Origin: Mobula hypostoma
Taxonomy: Eukaryota
Length of the DNA stretch: 64,000 nucleotides
Assembly: GCF_963921235.1 (NCBI RefSeq)
Contig: NC_086108.1
Span: forward strand, 13,206,001-13,270,000
Direction of reading: 5' to 3'
The notes under the pieces are model-generated. The model worked only from the letters and a program-made list of their open reading frames with translations, had not been told where the DNA came from and did not search any database. Positions 25,270-38,350 of the stretch are shown here, in pieces (within the stretch, counting starts at the first letter, position 1; every line of letters begins with the position of its first letter). The translations under genes and the position numbers were made by a program.

Positions 25270-25583
25270 TCATCCAGACTGGCAGGTGGTTTAAAAATCA
25301 AAGCTTGATTCTCCCATTCATGATTTGTTCAACAAGATATCATGTAAACTTTGTGGATTACATGTTAGCATGGAAAAAGAATATTTTGAATAGTCATAGT
25401 AGTCATAGTCATACTTTATTGATCCCAGGGGGAAATGAAAACCAATTTGACTACTATGACTATTCAAGATATTCTTTTTCCATGCTAACATGTAATCCAC
25501 AAAATTTGCATGATATCTTGTTGAACAAATCATGAATGGGAGAATCAAGCTTTGATTTTTAAACCAAATGCCAATCTAGATGA
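25270..25583. repeat. Long inverted repeat (arms 25270-25405 and 25448-25583, 42-nt spacer)
   Basis: Arms are near-perfect reverse complements; the ORF track shows mirror ORFs 25305-25535 (+) and 25318-25548 (-). Confidence 0.95.
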
Positions 25584-25617
25584 TGGTTTGCAGACTGCAC
25601 CAGCAAGTACAACTTAC

Positions 25618-25671
25618 CTTGAGAAGAAAGAGTCTGGGATCCATGTGAGGGTTTGTCGAGAGGAACTGAAC
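25618..25671 (-). CDS. SHKBP1: SHKBP1 coding exon 2 (FSSSRQTLTWIPDSFFS)
   Basis: tag| acceptor and |GTAAGT donor; 54 nt, phase 2 to 2. LTWIPDSFFS matches SHKBP1. Confidence 0.92.
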
Positions 25672-27074
25672 CTATAGAGGATATTCAAATACAGCAATCA
25701 GTCACCTGTCACTATATCCAACCCTGGACTAGCAAAGGATTTGCATTTATTCTCTGACCCTGCAAAAGATTACCATCAAGCTTTGGGTTATTAATTCAAA
25801 GTACATTTATTATCAAAGTATGTATACAATAAATAACCTCGAGATTCATCTCCTTACAAACAGCCACAAAACAAAGAAACACAATGGAACTCATTTAAAG
25901 AAAAACTCCATACAACAAAGATCAAACATGTAAAAAAAACAAATCACACAAACAAAAAGCTAACGAGGTAGCAGGCAGAACGTTAAACATCAAACCGCAG
26001 GGTCCCCAAGTGAGTCTCAGCCAGGAACCACCGAGGTGAGTGAAGCCGTTCCAGGAGCCGACGGCCATGGCCGCTGCCACTGAGTCAGCGCTGCGCCGAT
26101 GTCTGTAGCCACAGCTGCAGATCCAGTTCTGCTCTGAAGCACCGCGATCAAACCGTGCAAACAGTAAACCACATTCAGCATCGCGGCCATTAGGCATCGA
26201 ACTACAAGCAGAAGTGAGTCCCCATCCACGCGCCACCGGGCAATCGGACGTGGGAACCAAGGCTCCTGCACCTTCCACCAGCAGCAACTAGCCGGAGATC
26301 AATCAGATGTTGGCAGACGGTACCAAACACCCATTCATTTTTTGCTCTCGTCCTCGTTGATTTTAGTCTCGCTTGATGCTTCAATCAGCGTGGAGTAATG
26401 GAGCCGATCATGAGTTTTTGTTCTGCCATTGGGAATCGATGCAGCTGTCCCCAGTGACAGCCATAGTTCCATTTCACATTGAATCCCCGGAGGTCGCAGA
26501 AGCTTCAGATCGTTCACTCGGCCAAAAAAAAGTTCTTAAAGGGAAATTACAGGATGCAATCGATCACAGTTCAGAAGTATATCCAGAAGAAGGCAAGCAT
26601 CCAGTAGTTTTGTAAGCTGCCTGCAAGATGTCAGTCATGGTCGCTGGAAGCTGTTTGTGTACTGGAAACCTAGGACATGTGGTTTCAATGGAACTGATGA
26701 TTCTTGCTGGATTTTCATAACTTCAACAGTGCACAATAAACTGAAATAATCAGGATTATGGATTAAAGGAAATATTTTTAAAAAGGTGCAAAGTGTATTA
26801 GCTCTGAGGAGATGTTGGGGAACAAATAAATTATTACCTTTCAAGCAGAGACCTGGTGAAATTTATAACATTAGAAGAGGTATACATTAGGTACACAACA
26901 ACATTCTTTCCCAGAATAGACATATGATTGGAGGAAAGTTTCAGGGAGAAGTGCAGGACAATATATTTTTAGAGTACAGAGAAAATTTACAAGGACGTTG
27001 CCAGGACTGGAGGATAAGAGTTATAAGGAAATTATCATCAGGGACTACTCACCAAGCAGGACCAGGCTTGGAGT

Positions 27075-27900
27075 CCAACTCTCAGGATGAGGCTTTTCAT
27101 TCCAGAATGAAGGAGATGTCCTCCTTCTTCAAAGAAAGGGGCTTGCCTTCCTCCTCCATCAATACTGCCCTTTCACGCACAACTGCTCTCACTCCATCCT
27201 CCCGCCACCCTACCAGGGATAGGGTTCCTCTTATCCTCACCTACCACCCCAGCAGCCTGTGTCCAGCACATAATTCTCCACAACTTCCACCATCTGCAAC
27301 GGGATCCCACCACCAAGCACATCTTTCCCTCTCCCCCACTTTCTGATTTCCATAGGGATTGCTCCCGACACAACTCTCTTGTCCAGTCATCCCTCCCTAC
27401 TGATCTCCCTTCTGGCACCTATCCTTGAAAGCAGAACAAATGCTACACCTACCCCGAAACCTCCTCCCTCCCCACCATTCAGGGCCCCAAACGGTCCTTC
27501 CAGATGAGGCGACATTTCATCAGTGGGTCTGTTGGGGTTATATATTGTGTATGATTCTCCCAGTGTGGCCTCCTCTATAATTGGTGAGACCCGAAATAGA
27601 TTGGGAGACCGCTTCATCCGCCAGAAAAAGTAGGATCTCCCAGTGACCACCCATTTTAATTCCACCTCCCGTGCTGATACGTCAATGTATGGGCTCCTCT
27701 ACTGTCGTGATGAGGCCACACGTAGGCTGGAGGAACAACACTTTCTGTTCTGTTTGGGTAGCCTCCAATCCGATGGCATGAGCATTGATTTCTCAAACTT
27801 CCAGTAATGTCACCCCCCCTCCCGACCTTTTCCCTCTTTCACCTCATCTCCTTGCCCACCTCCCTCTGGTCTCCTCCCCCTTTTCTTTCTTCCGTCCTTT
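27075..27900 (+). mobile_element. Decayed Penelope-like fragment
   Basis: SQDEAFHSRMKEMSSFFKERG, RVPLILTYHP and GIY-YIG remnants. Confidence 0.8.
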
Positions 27901-27904
27901 CTTA

Positions 27905-28100
27905 CACATGTGCGTGTGAGTGTGTTTGTGTGTGTGAGTGTTTGTGAGAGTGTGTTTCTGAGAGTGTGGTGTGTGTTGTGTGTATTTTGTGTGTGTGTGA
28001 GTATGTGAGTATGTTTGTGTGTGAGTATGTTTGTGTGTGAGAGTGAGAGTGAGTGTGTGTGAGTGTTTGTGTGAGTGTGTTTGTGAGTGAGTGAGTGTTG
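27905..28100. repeat. Imperfect (TG)n/(TGAG)n simple repeat
   Basis: Direct reading of the sequence. Confidence 0.9.
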
Positions 28101-29624
28101 GTTGTCCATCGTTTCCGACAATGATGTTTGTCTGTGCAGCTCATCAATTGTGTGTTCTGAGGTGACTTTGCAGTCCAATTCTAAGAAGGCATAAGCGTTG
28201 ATAGTGAAGGCTGGTAAACCGTCCAGTCATTGTTGGACCAACCGGTGTGGCCATTTACTCCCCTCACAAACAGCAACCAGATCTATACTACGGTGACTAT
28301 TCTAGGCCCGCCATCCAGCCTGGTCCTGAACTCTCTGTTCGAGCTGCGATGTCAGCATGCATGAGGATGGCTTTCACACGGTCCTTAAACCTATAAGGCC
28401 ATCACCTGTCTCTTCTGAGGGGAGATCTGATAGAGCTTTACAGGATTATCAGAGACATAGGTATAGTGGACAGAAAGTCCAAAGGCTGAATTTTCTAATA
28501 CCAGAGGGCATGCAAGGAAGGCGAGAGCAAGGGGAGGTAAGGGGCAAGTTTTTTTTAATTCAGAGAGAGGTGGATGCCTAGAATGCACTGCCTGGTACAG
28601 CGGTGGCGGCAAATACATTAGAGGCTTTTAACAGAGTTTGGATAGGCACATGAAATCCAAAAATATGGAGGGATATATATAATGTGAAAGTAGGAGAGAC
28701 GAGTTTTTTTTTAGCTGGTTCGACACAACACTGTGGGCCGAGGGGACTGTTCCAGTACTGTACGTTAGATGTTAATGGGACTCGTTCTGAAAGGGATACT
28801 CAGTGAGGACTCGATGGGCCGAAGGGCCCATTTCCCGACTCTGTGAAATATTCAGTACACACCTGCAGCAAAATACTACTCAGCTTAAAGAGTTCCGATC
28901 CAAATAGTAACTGTTCTATCAGGGCGGACAGAACCCCACCCTGTCATCTTTCATTACGCTACGGTTCCGCCCGTTCTCTCTGAGGAAGTGAGAGGCTGAT
29001 AGGTTCCTGATCAGTCGGGGCAACAAAGGTTATGGGAAGACGGCAGAAGCATGGGGTTGGGAGGGATAATAAGACAACCATGGAGGGGCAGGCTCGGAGG
29101 GCTGAATGGCCTGATTTCGCTCCTATGCCTTATGGTCTTATGCTCTGTCGAGAAGTCAGGAAGTTGGTGTTCACCTTTAGAAAGGTTGGTTAGGCCACAT
29201 CGGGAGTATTCTTGACGCCCCGTTATAGGAAGGATGTCAAGGCTCTCTCTGGTCAGCACAATTACTCCAACAGCGTCATTTGTAGGTAATAATTGGCCAC
29301 GATACCATAAAAATCAGTGAGATGGTCGGTGGTGAGTACAAGCTAAAACGCCGCGCTTCCCGTGTTGGCTACAACGCCACCCAACAAAAGGGTCACTTTT
29401 GATCCACTCAAAGGAGGTGAACGGGGATAGAGAAAAGTTTTCTCCGTTTAACTGTCTGAACATAAAAAAGGGTATCGGAGGAACACGCTGCGGGTGGAAG
29501 TAACGACATTGAACAATAAATATTTAGAGCAGGCTGAACAGCGTTACTGTAATGGAAGCGGTGCAGACTGAAAGTGTCCCACACTCTCCACGGTGACAAA
29601 CGCGCGTTAAAATTAATCACCCAC

Positions 29625-29680
29625 CTCTTTCCTCCCACATTCAGATGAATAATTTCTCCGGGTCTGACTGGGCTGACCAT
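29625..29680 (-). CDS. SHKBP1: SHKBP1 coding exon 1 (MVSPVRPGEIIHLNVGGK-R)
   Basis: ATG at 29680-29678. Encodes the KCTD-type BTB start GEIIHLNVGGKR; recalled SHKBP1 has HLNVGGKR, KCTD3 has QLNVGGTR. Phase-2 donor AG|GTGGGT. Confidence 0.9.
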
Positions 29681-29699
29681 AGTCACAGCTTGCAGCCCG

Positions 29700-29850
29700 A
29701 GCGCTGCAACTTCCTGGAAGTTTACTTCAAACAACTCAGCCAACTTTTGACTGTGTATTATGGCCAACCCCCCACATCCGTCTGATTGGCCTAATGATGA
29801 CGCGGCCTCCAGATTTCTTTTACTTGATTGGGCAGTCAAATGGCCGATCA
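29700..29850 (-). promoter_or_regulatory. Putative TATA-less SHKBP1 proximal promoter / 5' UTR
   Basis: Lies directly upstream of the ATG in CpG-containing unique sequence. Two CCAAT boxes (ATTGG at 29785 and 29827), a CRE/ATF half-site TGACGC at 29798 and palindromic TTCCTGGAA at 29711-29719. Confidence 0.6.
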
Positions 29851-30159
29851 AACTATTTCCTTATTCCCAGGACACTTTGTTTTAAAGGGGCAATACCTGT
29901 GTATATTTAAAGAGTGAGCTCAAGTTGGCCGACAAGAAATGGACATTTGCGAGAGATTACCAAATACTTGATGAAGTAAAGGATGGGGGGAGGGGTATTT
30001 CCAGCATCTGCTAATTCTTTCTTGTTTGTGAAGGGGGATCAAATGGGATTTAATGGAGAAGCATGCAGTAACTTCACTCAACTTCATTTGCTCCATCACT
30101 GAATTGTTTTCACAACCAATGGACTCACTTTCAAAGATTCTCTATCTCATGTTCTCGGT

Positions 30160-33100
30160 AGAGTCACAGAAGAATACAAAACAGAAGTAGGCCCTTCAGC
30201 CCATATTGTCCATGCCAAACTATTTAAACTGTCTTAGTTCCCCCCCCCCCATTCCCCTACCATCCATGTACCTATCCAAACTACTCAAACTGTGAAATCG
30301 AGCTTGCATGCACCACTTGTGCTGGCAGCTCATTCCACACTCTCACCACCCTCTGAGTGAAGAAGTATTCAAGATTTAAAAAACTTTATTGTCATTCTAA
30401 CCATACATCAGCTCTGCAGGGCAGAATGAGACAGCGTTCCTCAGGGCCAGTGCAATCATAACATAACAAACGCAACACTAAATAATAAACATAACAATAA
30501 ATAGTAAAACACAACAGCCACATGTCGGTTAAATCAGTTATAAGTGTCCAGTGCAAGTTAAAAGTGTCCAAAGTAGAGTCAGGTGGAGCAGCTATTTAGC
30601 AGTCTGACTGCCTGTGGGAGGAAGCTGTTTAGTAGACTTGTGGTTTTAGTTTTGATGCTCCTGTAATGTTTGCCTGATGGCAGAAGAACGAACAGTCATG
30701 GAGAGGGTGTGAGGGGTCTTTAATGATGTACCATGTCTTCTGGAGGCATCAACTCTGAAAGAGGTCTTGGACAGAAGGTAAGGAGACCCCAATAACCTTC
30801 TCTGCTCCCCTAACCACCCTCTGCAAGGCTTTTTTTGTCAACAGCACTGCAGCTGGAGTACCAGGTTGTGATGCAAAAGGTCAGCACACTCTCAACCACC
30901 CCTCTGTAGAATGTAGTTAAGATGTTAGTGGGGAGTGATGCTTGTTTAAGCTTCCTCAGAAGCTGCAATCTCTGCTGGGCCCGTTTCACAATCCCAGTGG
31001 TGTTCCTGGACCAGGTGAGATTGTCCGAGATCTGCACCCCAAGGAACTTGATATTTTCCACTCCCTCCACTGTGGAGCCGCTGATGCTGAGGGGTGTGTG
31101 CTCAGGCTGAGACCGTCTGAAATCCACGATCATCTCCTTGGTTTTGGTGACACTTAGCATCAAGTTGTTATCCCTGCACCAGCTCTCTAGGTGTTTGACC
31201 TCCTCCCTGTACATAGTTTCATCATTTTTGCTGATGAGCCCCACCACTGTGGTATCATCAGCAAATTTAATGATCAGGTTCTCCTTGAATCTGGCTGCAC
31301 AGTCATGTGTTAGCAGTGTAAACAGCAATGGGCTAAGCACACAGCCCTGTGGGGATCCAGTGCTCAGTGTGATGGAATCAGAGATGTTCCTGCCAACACA
31401 GACTGACTGTGGTCTCTCTGTCAAGAAATCCAGAATCCAGCGACACATGGCAGTGCTAAGGCCAAGCAGCCACAGTTTCTCCACTAGTCTCTGCGGGATG
31501 AGACTAGTGGAGAAACTGTCCCTTAAACTTTTCACCTTTCACCCTTAAGCCATGACCTCTAGTTGTAATCCCACCCAACCTCAGTGGAAAAAGCCAGCTT
31601 GCATTACCCTATCCTCAATCTTCAATCTTCAATCTTCTATGTTCCAAGGAATAAAGCCCTAGCCTCTTCAATCCTTTCCTTATAAATCAGGTTCTCCAGT
31701 CAAGACTTAAATTTCCTATGCGCTCTTTCAAACTTAATGACAATTTTCTTGTAGGTAGGTGACCAAAACTGCACACAATACTCCAAATTAGGCCTCACCA
31801 ATGTCAACATAACATCTCGTCTCCTGTACTCAGTACTTTGAGTTATGAAGGCCAATGTACCAAAAGTTTTCTTTACAACCCTATCTACCTGTGACACCAC
31901 TTTCAATAAATTATGGACCTGTATTCTCAGATTCCTTTGTTCTACCACACTCCTCAGTGCCCTGCCATTCACTGTGTAACACTACCCTGGTTGGTCCTAC
32001 TGAAATGCAACACCTCACACTTGTCTGTATTAAATTCCATCTGCCAGTTTCAGCCCAATTTTTCCAGCTGGTCCAAATCCCTCTGCAAGGCATAAAAGTC
32101 TTCCTTGCTGTCCACTACACCCCAATCTTGGTATCATCTGCAAACTTGTTGATCTAGCTAACCACATTATCATCCAGATCATCGGTATAAGAGACAAACA
32201 ACATTGGGCCCATCACCAATCCCTGTGGCACACCACTAGTCACAGGCCTCCAAATCAGAGATGCAACCATCTGCTACCACGGTTCTGGCTTCTCCCATAA
32301 AGCCAATATCTAATCTAATTTACTACCTCATCTTGAACACCGAGCAACTGAACCTTCTTTACCATGTAGGTCCCTGTGCAAGGCCTTGCTAAAGTAGACA
32401 ACATCCACTGCCTTGCATTCATCAACCTTCCTGGTAGCTTTCTTAAAAAAACTCGACTTAACACACACAAAGCCATGCTGACTATCTTTAATCAGTCCCT
32501 GTCCATCTAAATACTCATATAGCCAATCCCTGAGAACACCTTCCAATAACACTCATACCACACATGTCAGACTCACTGGCCTATAACTTCCTGTTTTATT
32601 TTTCGAGCCTTTTTAAAAAGCAGAACAATATTAGCCATCCTCCAATCCTTTGGTACCTCCCCCATCACAAAGGTGCCTCAAGACAGAAACACCTCCTGTA
32701 ATCTCTATAGGGTCCATGACCTCGCTGTTACTTTGCCTCACTTCGATAGTCAATGTCCTTCTCCCAAGTAAATAAAGATGCACAACATCCAGTTAAGATC
32801 TCCCCCATTGCTTTTGGTTCCTCACAGATATTTACACTTTGATCTTCCAGAGGATCAATTTTGTCCCTTGCAACCCTTTTGCTCTTAGCGCATCTTTAGA
32901 ATCTCCTTTACCTTGTCTGCTAGGGGAACCTCATGCCTTTGTTTAGCTTTTCTGATTTCTTTCTTAAGTGTTCTCTTGCATTTCTTATACTCTATAAGCA
33001 TCTCATCTGTTCCTACTTGCCTATACCTGCTATGCACCTCATTTTTTTTTCTTACAAGGGCCTCAATATCTCTCAAAAACCAAAGTTCACTAAACCTGTT

Positions 33101-34010
33101 ATCTTTACATTTTATTCTGACAGGCACGTAAAAGCTTTCTACTCTCAGTGTTTCACTTTTGAAGGCCTCCCACTTATCAAGTACATCTTTGCCAGGAAAT
33201 AAGTCTGTCCCAATCCACACTTCCCTGTCCTTTCAGATATCATCAAAACTGGCTTTTCTCCAATTTAGAGTCTCAGCCCACAGACCAGACCTATCTTCTT
33301 CCATATTTACTTTGCAACTAATGGCATTATGATCACTCACTTCTGTCACGTGCCCTGTCTCATTCACTAATAGATCAAATATCTCCCTCTCTCATTGGAA
33401 CTTCCACGTACTGATCAAGAACTTTCCTTAACACATTTCACAAACCCTCTCCCATCTGGTCCTTTTACAGTATGGGAGTCCCAGTCAATATGTGGAAAGT
33501 TAAAATCACCTACTGTAACAACCTTATGTTTCTTACAACTAAATCCCTAGGACTGTTGGGTGGTCTGTAATATAGCCCCATTAACCTTTCTTTTTTCCCA
33601 TTTGCCCCCATAAAGCCTCACTAGACAAGTTCTCCAGTCTGTCCAGACTGAACACTGCCATAACATTTTCTCTGACAAGTAACACCACCCCTCCTCCTTT
33701 AATTCCTCCCACTCTGTCATGTTTAAAACACAGAAGTCAGGAATATTGAGTCCTGCCCCTCTTGCAACCAAGTCTCAGTAATAGCAGCAATATCATAATT
33801 CCAGGAGTTGATCCATGACCTGAGCTCTTCTGCCTTTCCTACAATTCTGGTTGCATTGAAGTATACACAGCTCAGGACAGTACTTGCACCATGCTGAACC
33901 TTTTGATTCCTAACTTTGTTTGGGGACTTAACAACATCTGTCTCTACAACCTTTTCATTGACTGTGCTAGCACTTTGGTTCCTACTCTTCTATACCTCTA
34001 GTTTAAAGCT
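30160..34010 (-). mobile_element. Long decayed CR1 LINE interrupted by a Rex1/Babar insertion
   Basis: ORF fragments 31700-31972, 32328-32552, 32885-33220 and 33547-33771 are colinear with CR1 ORF2. Confidence 0.85.
30368..31519 (-). mobile_element. Rex1/Babar-like LINE (RT and 3' UTR), 5'-truncated
   Basis: ORF 30810-31535 ([38 protein letters not shown]) and an AATAAA tail near 30385. Confidence 0.9.
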
Positions 34011-34224
34011 CCATCCTATATGCTGATTCAGCCAATGACAGTGTGGCCAATGAAATGGCATTTGCTGCGGACCTGTTGTGCAGGTATGTAAACTGAAGTG
34101 GGCTTAAGTTGCTTCTCAGGCAGGAGTTGATATGTTTCATCACCAACCCCTCAAAGCACTTCATCACCGTGGATGTACTTGACTATAGTCATTGAGGCAC
34201 GTTTCCAAATTCTTCTTAGGCATT

Positions 34225-34855
34225 GGTATAATTGAGACCAGATGTAGTTTGGGAGACTCCTTCACCAAGCACCAATGCTCCGTCTGCAAGAAAAAGTGGG
34301 ATCTCCCAGTGGCCACCCATTTTAATTCCACTTCCCATTCCGATATGTCAATCCATGGCCTCCTCTACTGTTGCAATGAGGCCACATTCAGGTTAGAGGA
34401 ATAGCACCTGTATTCCATCTGGGTAGCCTCCAACCTGATGGCATGAACATCGATTTCTTGAACTTCCGGTAATGGCCCCTCTCCTCCTTCACCATTCCCC
34501 ATCCCCTTTACTTTCTCTCACCTTATCTCCTTGCCCACCCATCGCCTCCCTCTGGTGCTCCTCTCCCCCCACTTTTCTTTCTTCCATGGCCTTCTGTCCT
34601 CTCCTATCAAACTCCCCTTTCTCCAATCTGCATCTCTTTCACCGATCAACTTCCCAGCTCTTTATTTCATCCCTCCCCCTCCCAGTTTCACCTATCACCT
34701 TGTGTTTCTCTCTCTTCCTCCCCCACCTTTTAAATCATCACTTTCTTTCTCCAGACCTGCAGAAGGGTCTCAGCCCAAAATGTCGACTGTACTTTCTTCC
34801 ATAGATGCTGCCTGGCCTGCTGAGTTCGTCCAGCATTTTCTGTGTGTTGCTTGGC
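34225..34855 (+). mobile_element. Penelope-like 3' fragment
   Basis: DLPVATHFNSTSHSDMSIHGLL plus PLE 3' repeat with a degenerate hammerhead. Confidence 0.8.
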
Positions 34856-35164
34856 TTTACAAAATTGTTTTTAATACCCAAGACTTTGCACAGTACTGTA
34901 TGTCACTTTGGCCACAACTGTTGAATGGCCTTCATTAATTGAAGTTTAGTCCAGACTTGCCACTTCACTCATATGATGACTTTCTGGAGATTGTACATGA
35001 ATCTTTGGTAACTTTCTTGGTCGCCAGAGTGGATTTGGCCCTCAGCAGATTGCGCATCTCATGGTTCATCCAGGGTTTCTGGTTAGGGAAGACTCTGAAT
35101 GATTTTGTGGGACATGCTTGTCTACAACTGTTTATATAAAGTCTGTAACAACCGTAGTGTATTA

Positions 35165-38100
35165 GACCATAAGACAAAGGAGCAGAAGTCGGCCATTTGG
35201 CCCATCAAGTCTGCTCCGCCATTTTATCATGAGCTGATCCATTCTCCCATTTAGTCCCACTCCCCCACCTTCTCACTATAACCTTTGATGCCCTGGCTAC
35301 TCAGATACCTATCAATCTCTGCCTTAAATACACCCAATGACTTGGCCTCCACTGCTGCCCGTGGCAACAAATTCCATAGATTCACCACCTTCTGACTAAA
35401 AAAATTTCCTCGCATTTCTGTTCTGAATGGGCGCCCTTCAATCCTTAAGTCATGCCCTCTCGTACTAGACTCCCCCATCATGGGAAACAACTTTGCCACA
35501 TCCACTCTGTCCATGCCTTTCAACATTCGAAACGTTTCTATGAGATCTCCCCTCATTCTTCTAAACTCCAAGGAATACAGTCCAAGAGCGGGCAAACGTT
35601 CCTCATATGTTAACCCTCTCATTCCCAGAATCATTCTAGTGAATCTTCTCTGTACCCTCTCCAACGTCAGTACATCCTTTCTTAAATAAGGAGACCAAAA
35701 CTGCCCACAGTACTGCAAGTGAGGTCTCACCAGCGCCTTATAGAGCCTCAACATCACATCCCTGCTCCTATACTCTATTCCTCTAGAAATGAATGCCAAC
35801 ATTGCATTCGCCTTCTTCACTACTGACTCAACCTGGAAGTTAACTTTAAGCGTGTCCTGTACGAGGGCTCCCAAGTCCCGCTGCATCTCAGAACTTTGAA
35901 TTCTTTCCCCATTTAAATAATAGTCTGCCCATTTATTTTTTCTGCCAAAGTGCATAACCATACACTTTCCAACATTGTACTTCATTTGCCACTTCTCTGC
36001 CCATTCTTCCAATCTATCCAAGTCTCTCTGCAGACTCTCCGTTTCCTCAGCACTACCGGCCCCTCCACCTATCTTCGTATCATCAGCAAACTTAGCTACA
36101 AAGCCATCTATTCCATAATCCAAATCGTTGATGTACAATGTAAAAAGAAGTGGCCCCAACACGGACCCCTGTGGAACACCACTGGAAACCAGCAGTCAAC
36201 CAAAATAGGATCCCTTTATTCCCACTCTCTGTTTCCTGCCAATCAGCCAACGCTCTATCCACATATGTAACTTTCCCTTAATTCCATGGGCTCTTATTTT
36301 GTTAAGTAGCCTCATGTGTGGCACCTTGTCAAAGGCCTTCTGAAAATCCAAATATACAACATCCACTGCATCTCCCTTGTCTCTTTACTGGTAATTTCCT
36401 CAAAAAATTGTAGTAGGTTTGTCAGGCAGGATTTTCCTTTAAGGAATCCATGCTGAGTTCTGCCTGTCTTGTCATATGCCTCCAGGTACTCTGTAACCTC
36501 ACCCTTGACAATCGACTCCAACAACTTCCCAACCACTGATGTCAAGCTAACAGGTCTATAATTTCCTTTTTGCTTCCTTGCCCCCTTCTTAAATAGCGGA
36601 GTGACATTTGCAATCTTCCAACCCTCCGGAACCATGCCAGAATCTATCGACGTTTGAAAGATCATCGCTATTGCCTCCGCAATCTCCACAGCTACTTCCT
36701 TCAGAACACGCGGGTGCATTCCATCTGGTCCGGGAGATTTATCTACCCTTAGACTATTCAGCTTCCTGAGTACTTTCTCTATCGTAATTGTGACTGCACA
36801 CACTTCTCTTCCCTGCCACCCTAGAGTGTCCAGTATATTGCTGATGTCTTCCTCAGTGAAGACTGATGCAAAATACTTGTTCAGTTCCTCTGCCATCTCC
36901 TTATCTCCCATTACAATTTATCCAGCATTATTTTCTATCGGTCCTATATCTACTCTCACCTGTCTCTTACTCTTTATATACTTGAAAAAGCTTTTAGTAT
37001 CCTCTTTGATATTATTTGCTAGCTTCCTTTCATAGTTAATCTTCTCCCTCTTAATGACCTTCTTGGTTTCATTTTGTAAGGTTTTAAAAACTTCCCAATC
37101 CTCTGTCTTCCCACTAATTTTTGCTTCCCTTGTATGCCCTCTCCTTTGCTTTAACTTTGGCTTTGACTTCTCTTGTCAACCACGGTTGCATCCTTTTCCC
37201 ACTCGAAAATTTCTTCTTTTTTGGAATATACCTGTCTTGCTCCTTCCTCACTTCTCGCATAAACTCCAGCCACTGCTGCTCTGCCGTCTTTCCCGCCAGT
37301 GTCCCTTTCCAGTCAACTTTGGCCAGTTCCTCTCTCATGCCACTGTAATTTCCTTTACTCCACTGAAATACCGACACATCAGATTTCGGCTTCTCTTTTT
37401 CAAATTTCACAGTGAATTCAATCATGTTATGATCACTGCTTCCTAAGGGTTCCTTCACCTCAATCTCTCTAATCACCTCCGGTTCATTACACAATACCCA
37501 ATCCAGCACAGCTGATCCCCTCGTGGGCTCAACAACAAGCTGTTCTAAAAAGCCATCTCGCAGACATTCTACAAATTCTCTCTCTTGAGATCCAGTGCCG
37601 ACCTGATTTTCCCAATCCACTCGCAAGTTAAAATCCCCCACAATTATCATAACGCTGCCCTTCTGACAAGCCTTTTCTATTTCCTGTTGTAATTTGTAGT
37701 CCACATCCCTGCAGCTGTTTGGAGGCCTATAAATAACTGCCATCAGGGTCCTTTTACCCCTGCTATTTCTTAGTTCAACCCAGAAAGATTCTGCACCTTC
37801 CGATCCTATATCACCTCTTTCTAATGATTTAATATCATTTCTTACCAATAAAGCCACGCCTCCCCCTCTGCCTACCTTCCTATCCTTCCGATACACCATG
37901 TATCCTTGGACGTTCAGCTCCCAGAGACATGCATCCTTTAGCCATGTCTCAGTGATGGCCACAATATCATACCTGCCAATCTGTAGCTGTACGACACGAT
38001 CATCCACCTTATTCCTTATGCTGCGGGAATTTAAGTATAACACCTTAAGACCAGTATCTGATACTTTTCACTTTGATTTCACTGCAACTTTATTGCACTG

Positions 38101-38350
38101 CAACTCATCCCAATGGCTACAAATTTGCCCCATCACCTGCCTGTCTTTCCTGACATCTTTACTGCTCACTATCTTAGATTTATTTCTGTTTTCCCCTTCC
38201 TCCGCTCTGTCATTCCAGTTCCCATCCTCCTGCCAAATTAGTTTAAACCCTCCCTAACAGCTCTATTAAACTTTCCCGCCAGGATATTGGTCCCCTTTGG
38301 GTTCAGGTGTAACCTGTCCTTTTTGAACAGGTCGTACTTCCCCCAGATTC
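35165..38350 (-). mobile_element. CR1 LINE: end of ORF1 plus essentially complete ORF2 (frameshifted), nested in a Rex1/Babar element (34940-35160 and 38350-38790)
   Basis: ORFs 37114-38043 (APE endonuclease), 36312-36911 and 35251-36162 (RT); ORF1 tail LHLNPKGTNILAG. Flanks encode FPNQKPW and IYIPP..DFNQ (Rex1). Confidence 0.92.

Noticed and set aside
3269..29680. Calling the gene KCTD3
   Set aside because: HLNVGGKR, LTWIPD and [16 protein letters not shown] fit recalled SHKBP1 better than KCTD3.
29408..29851. 147-aa ORF as a single-exon gene
   Set aside because: Only 29625-29680 is coding (SHKBP1 exon 1); the rest is promoter and intron read-through.
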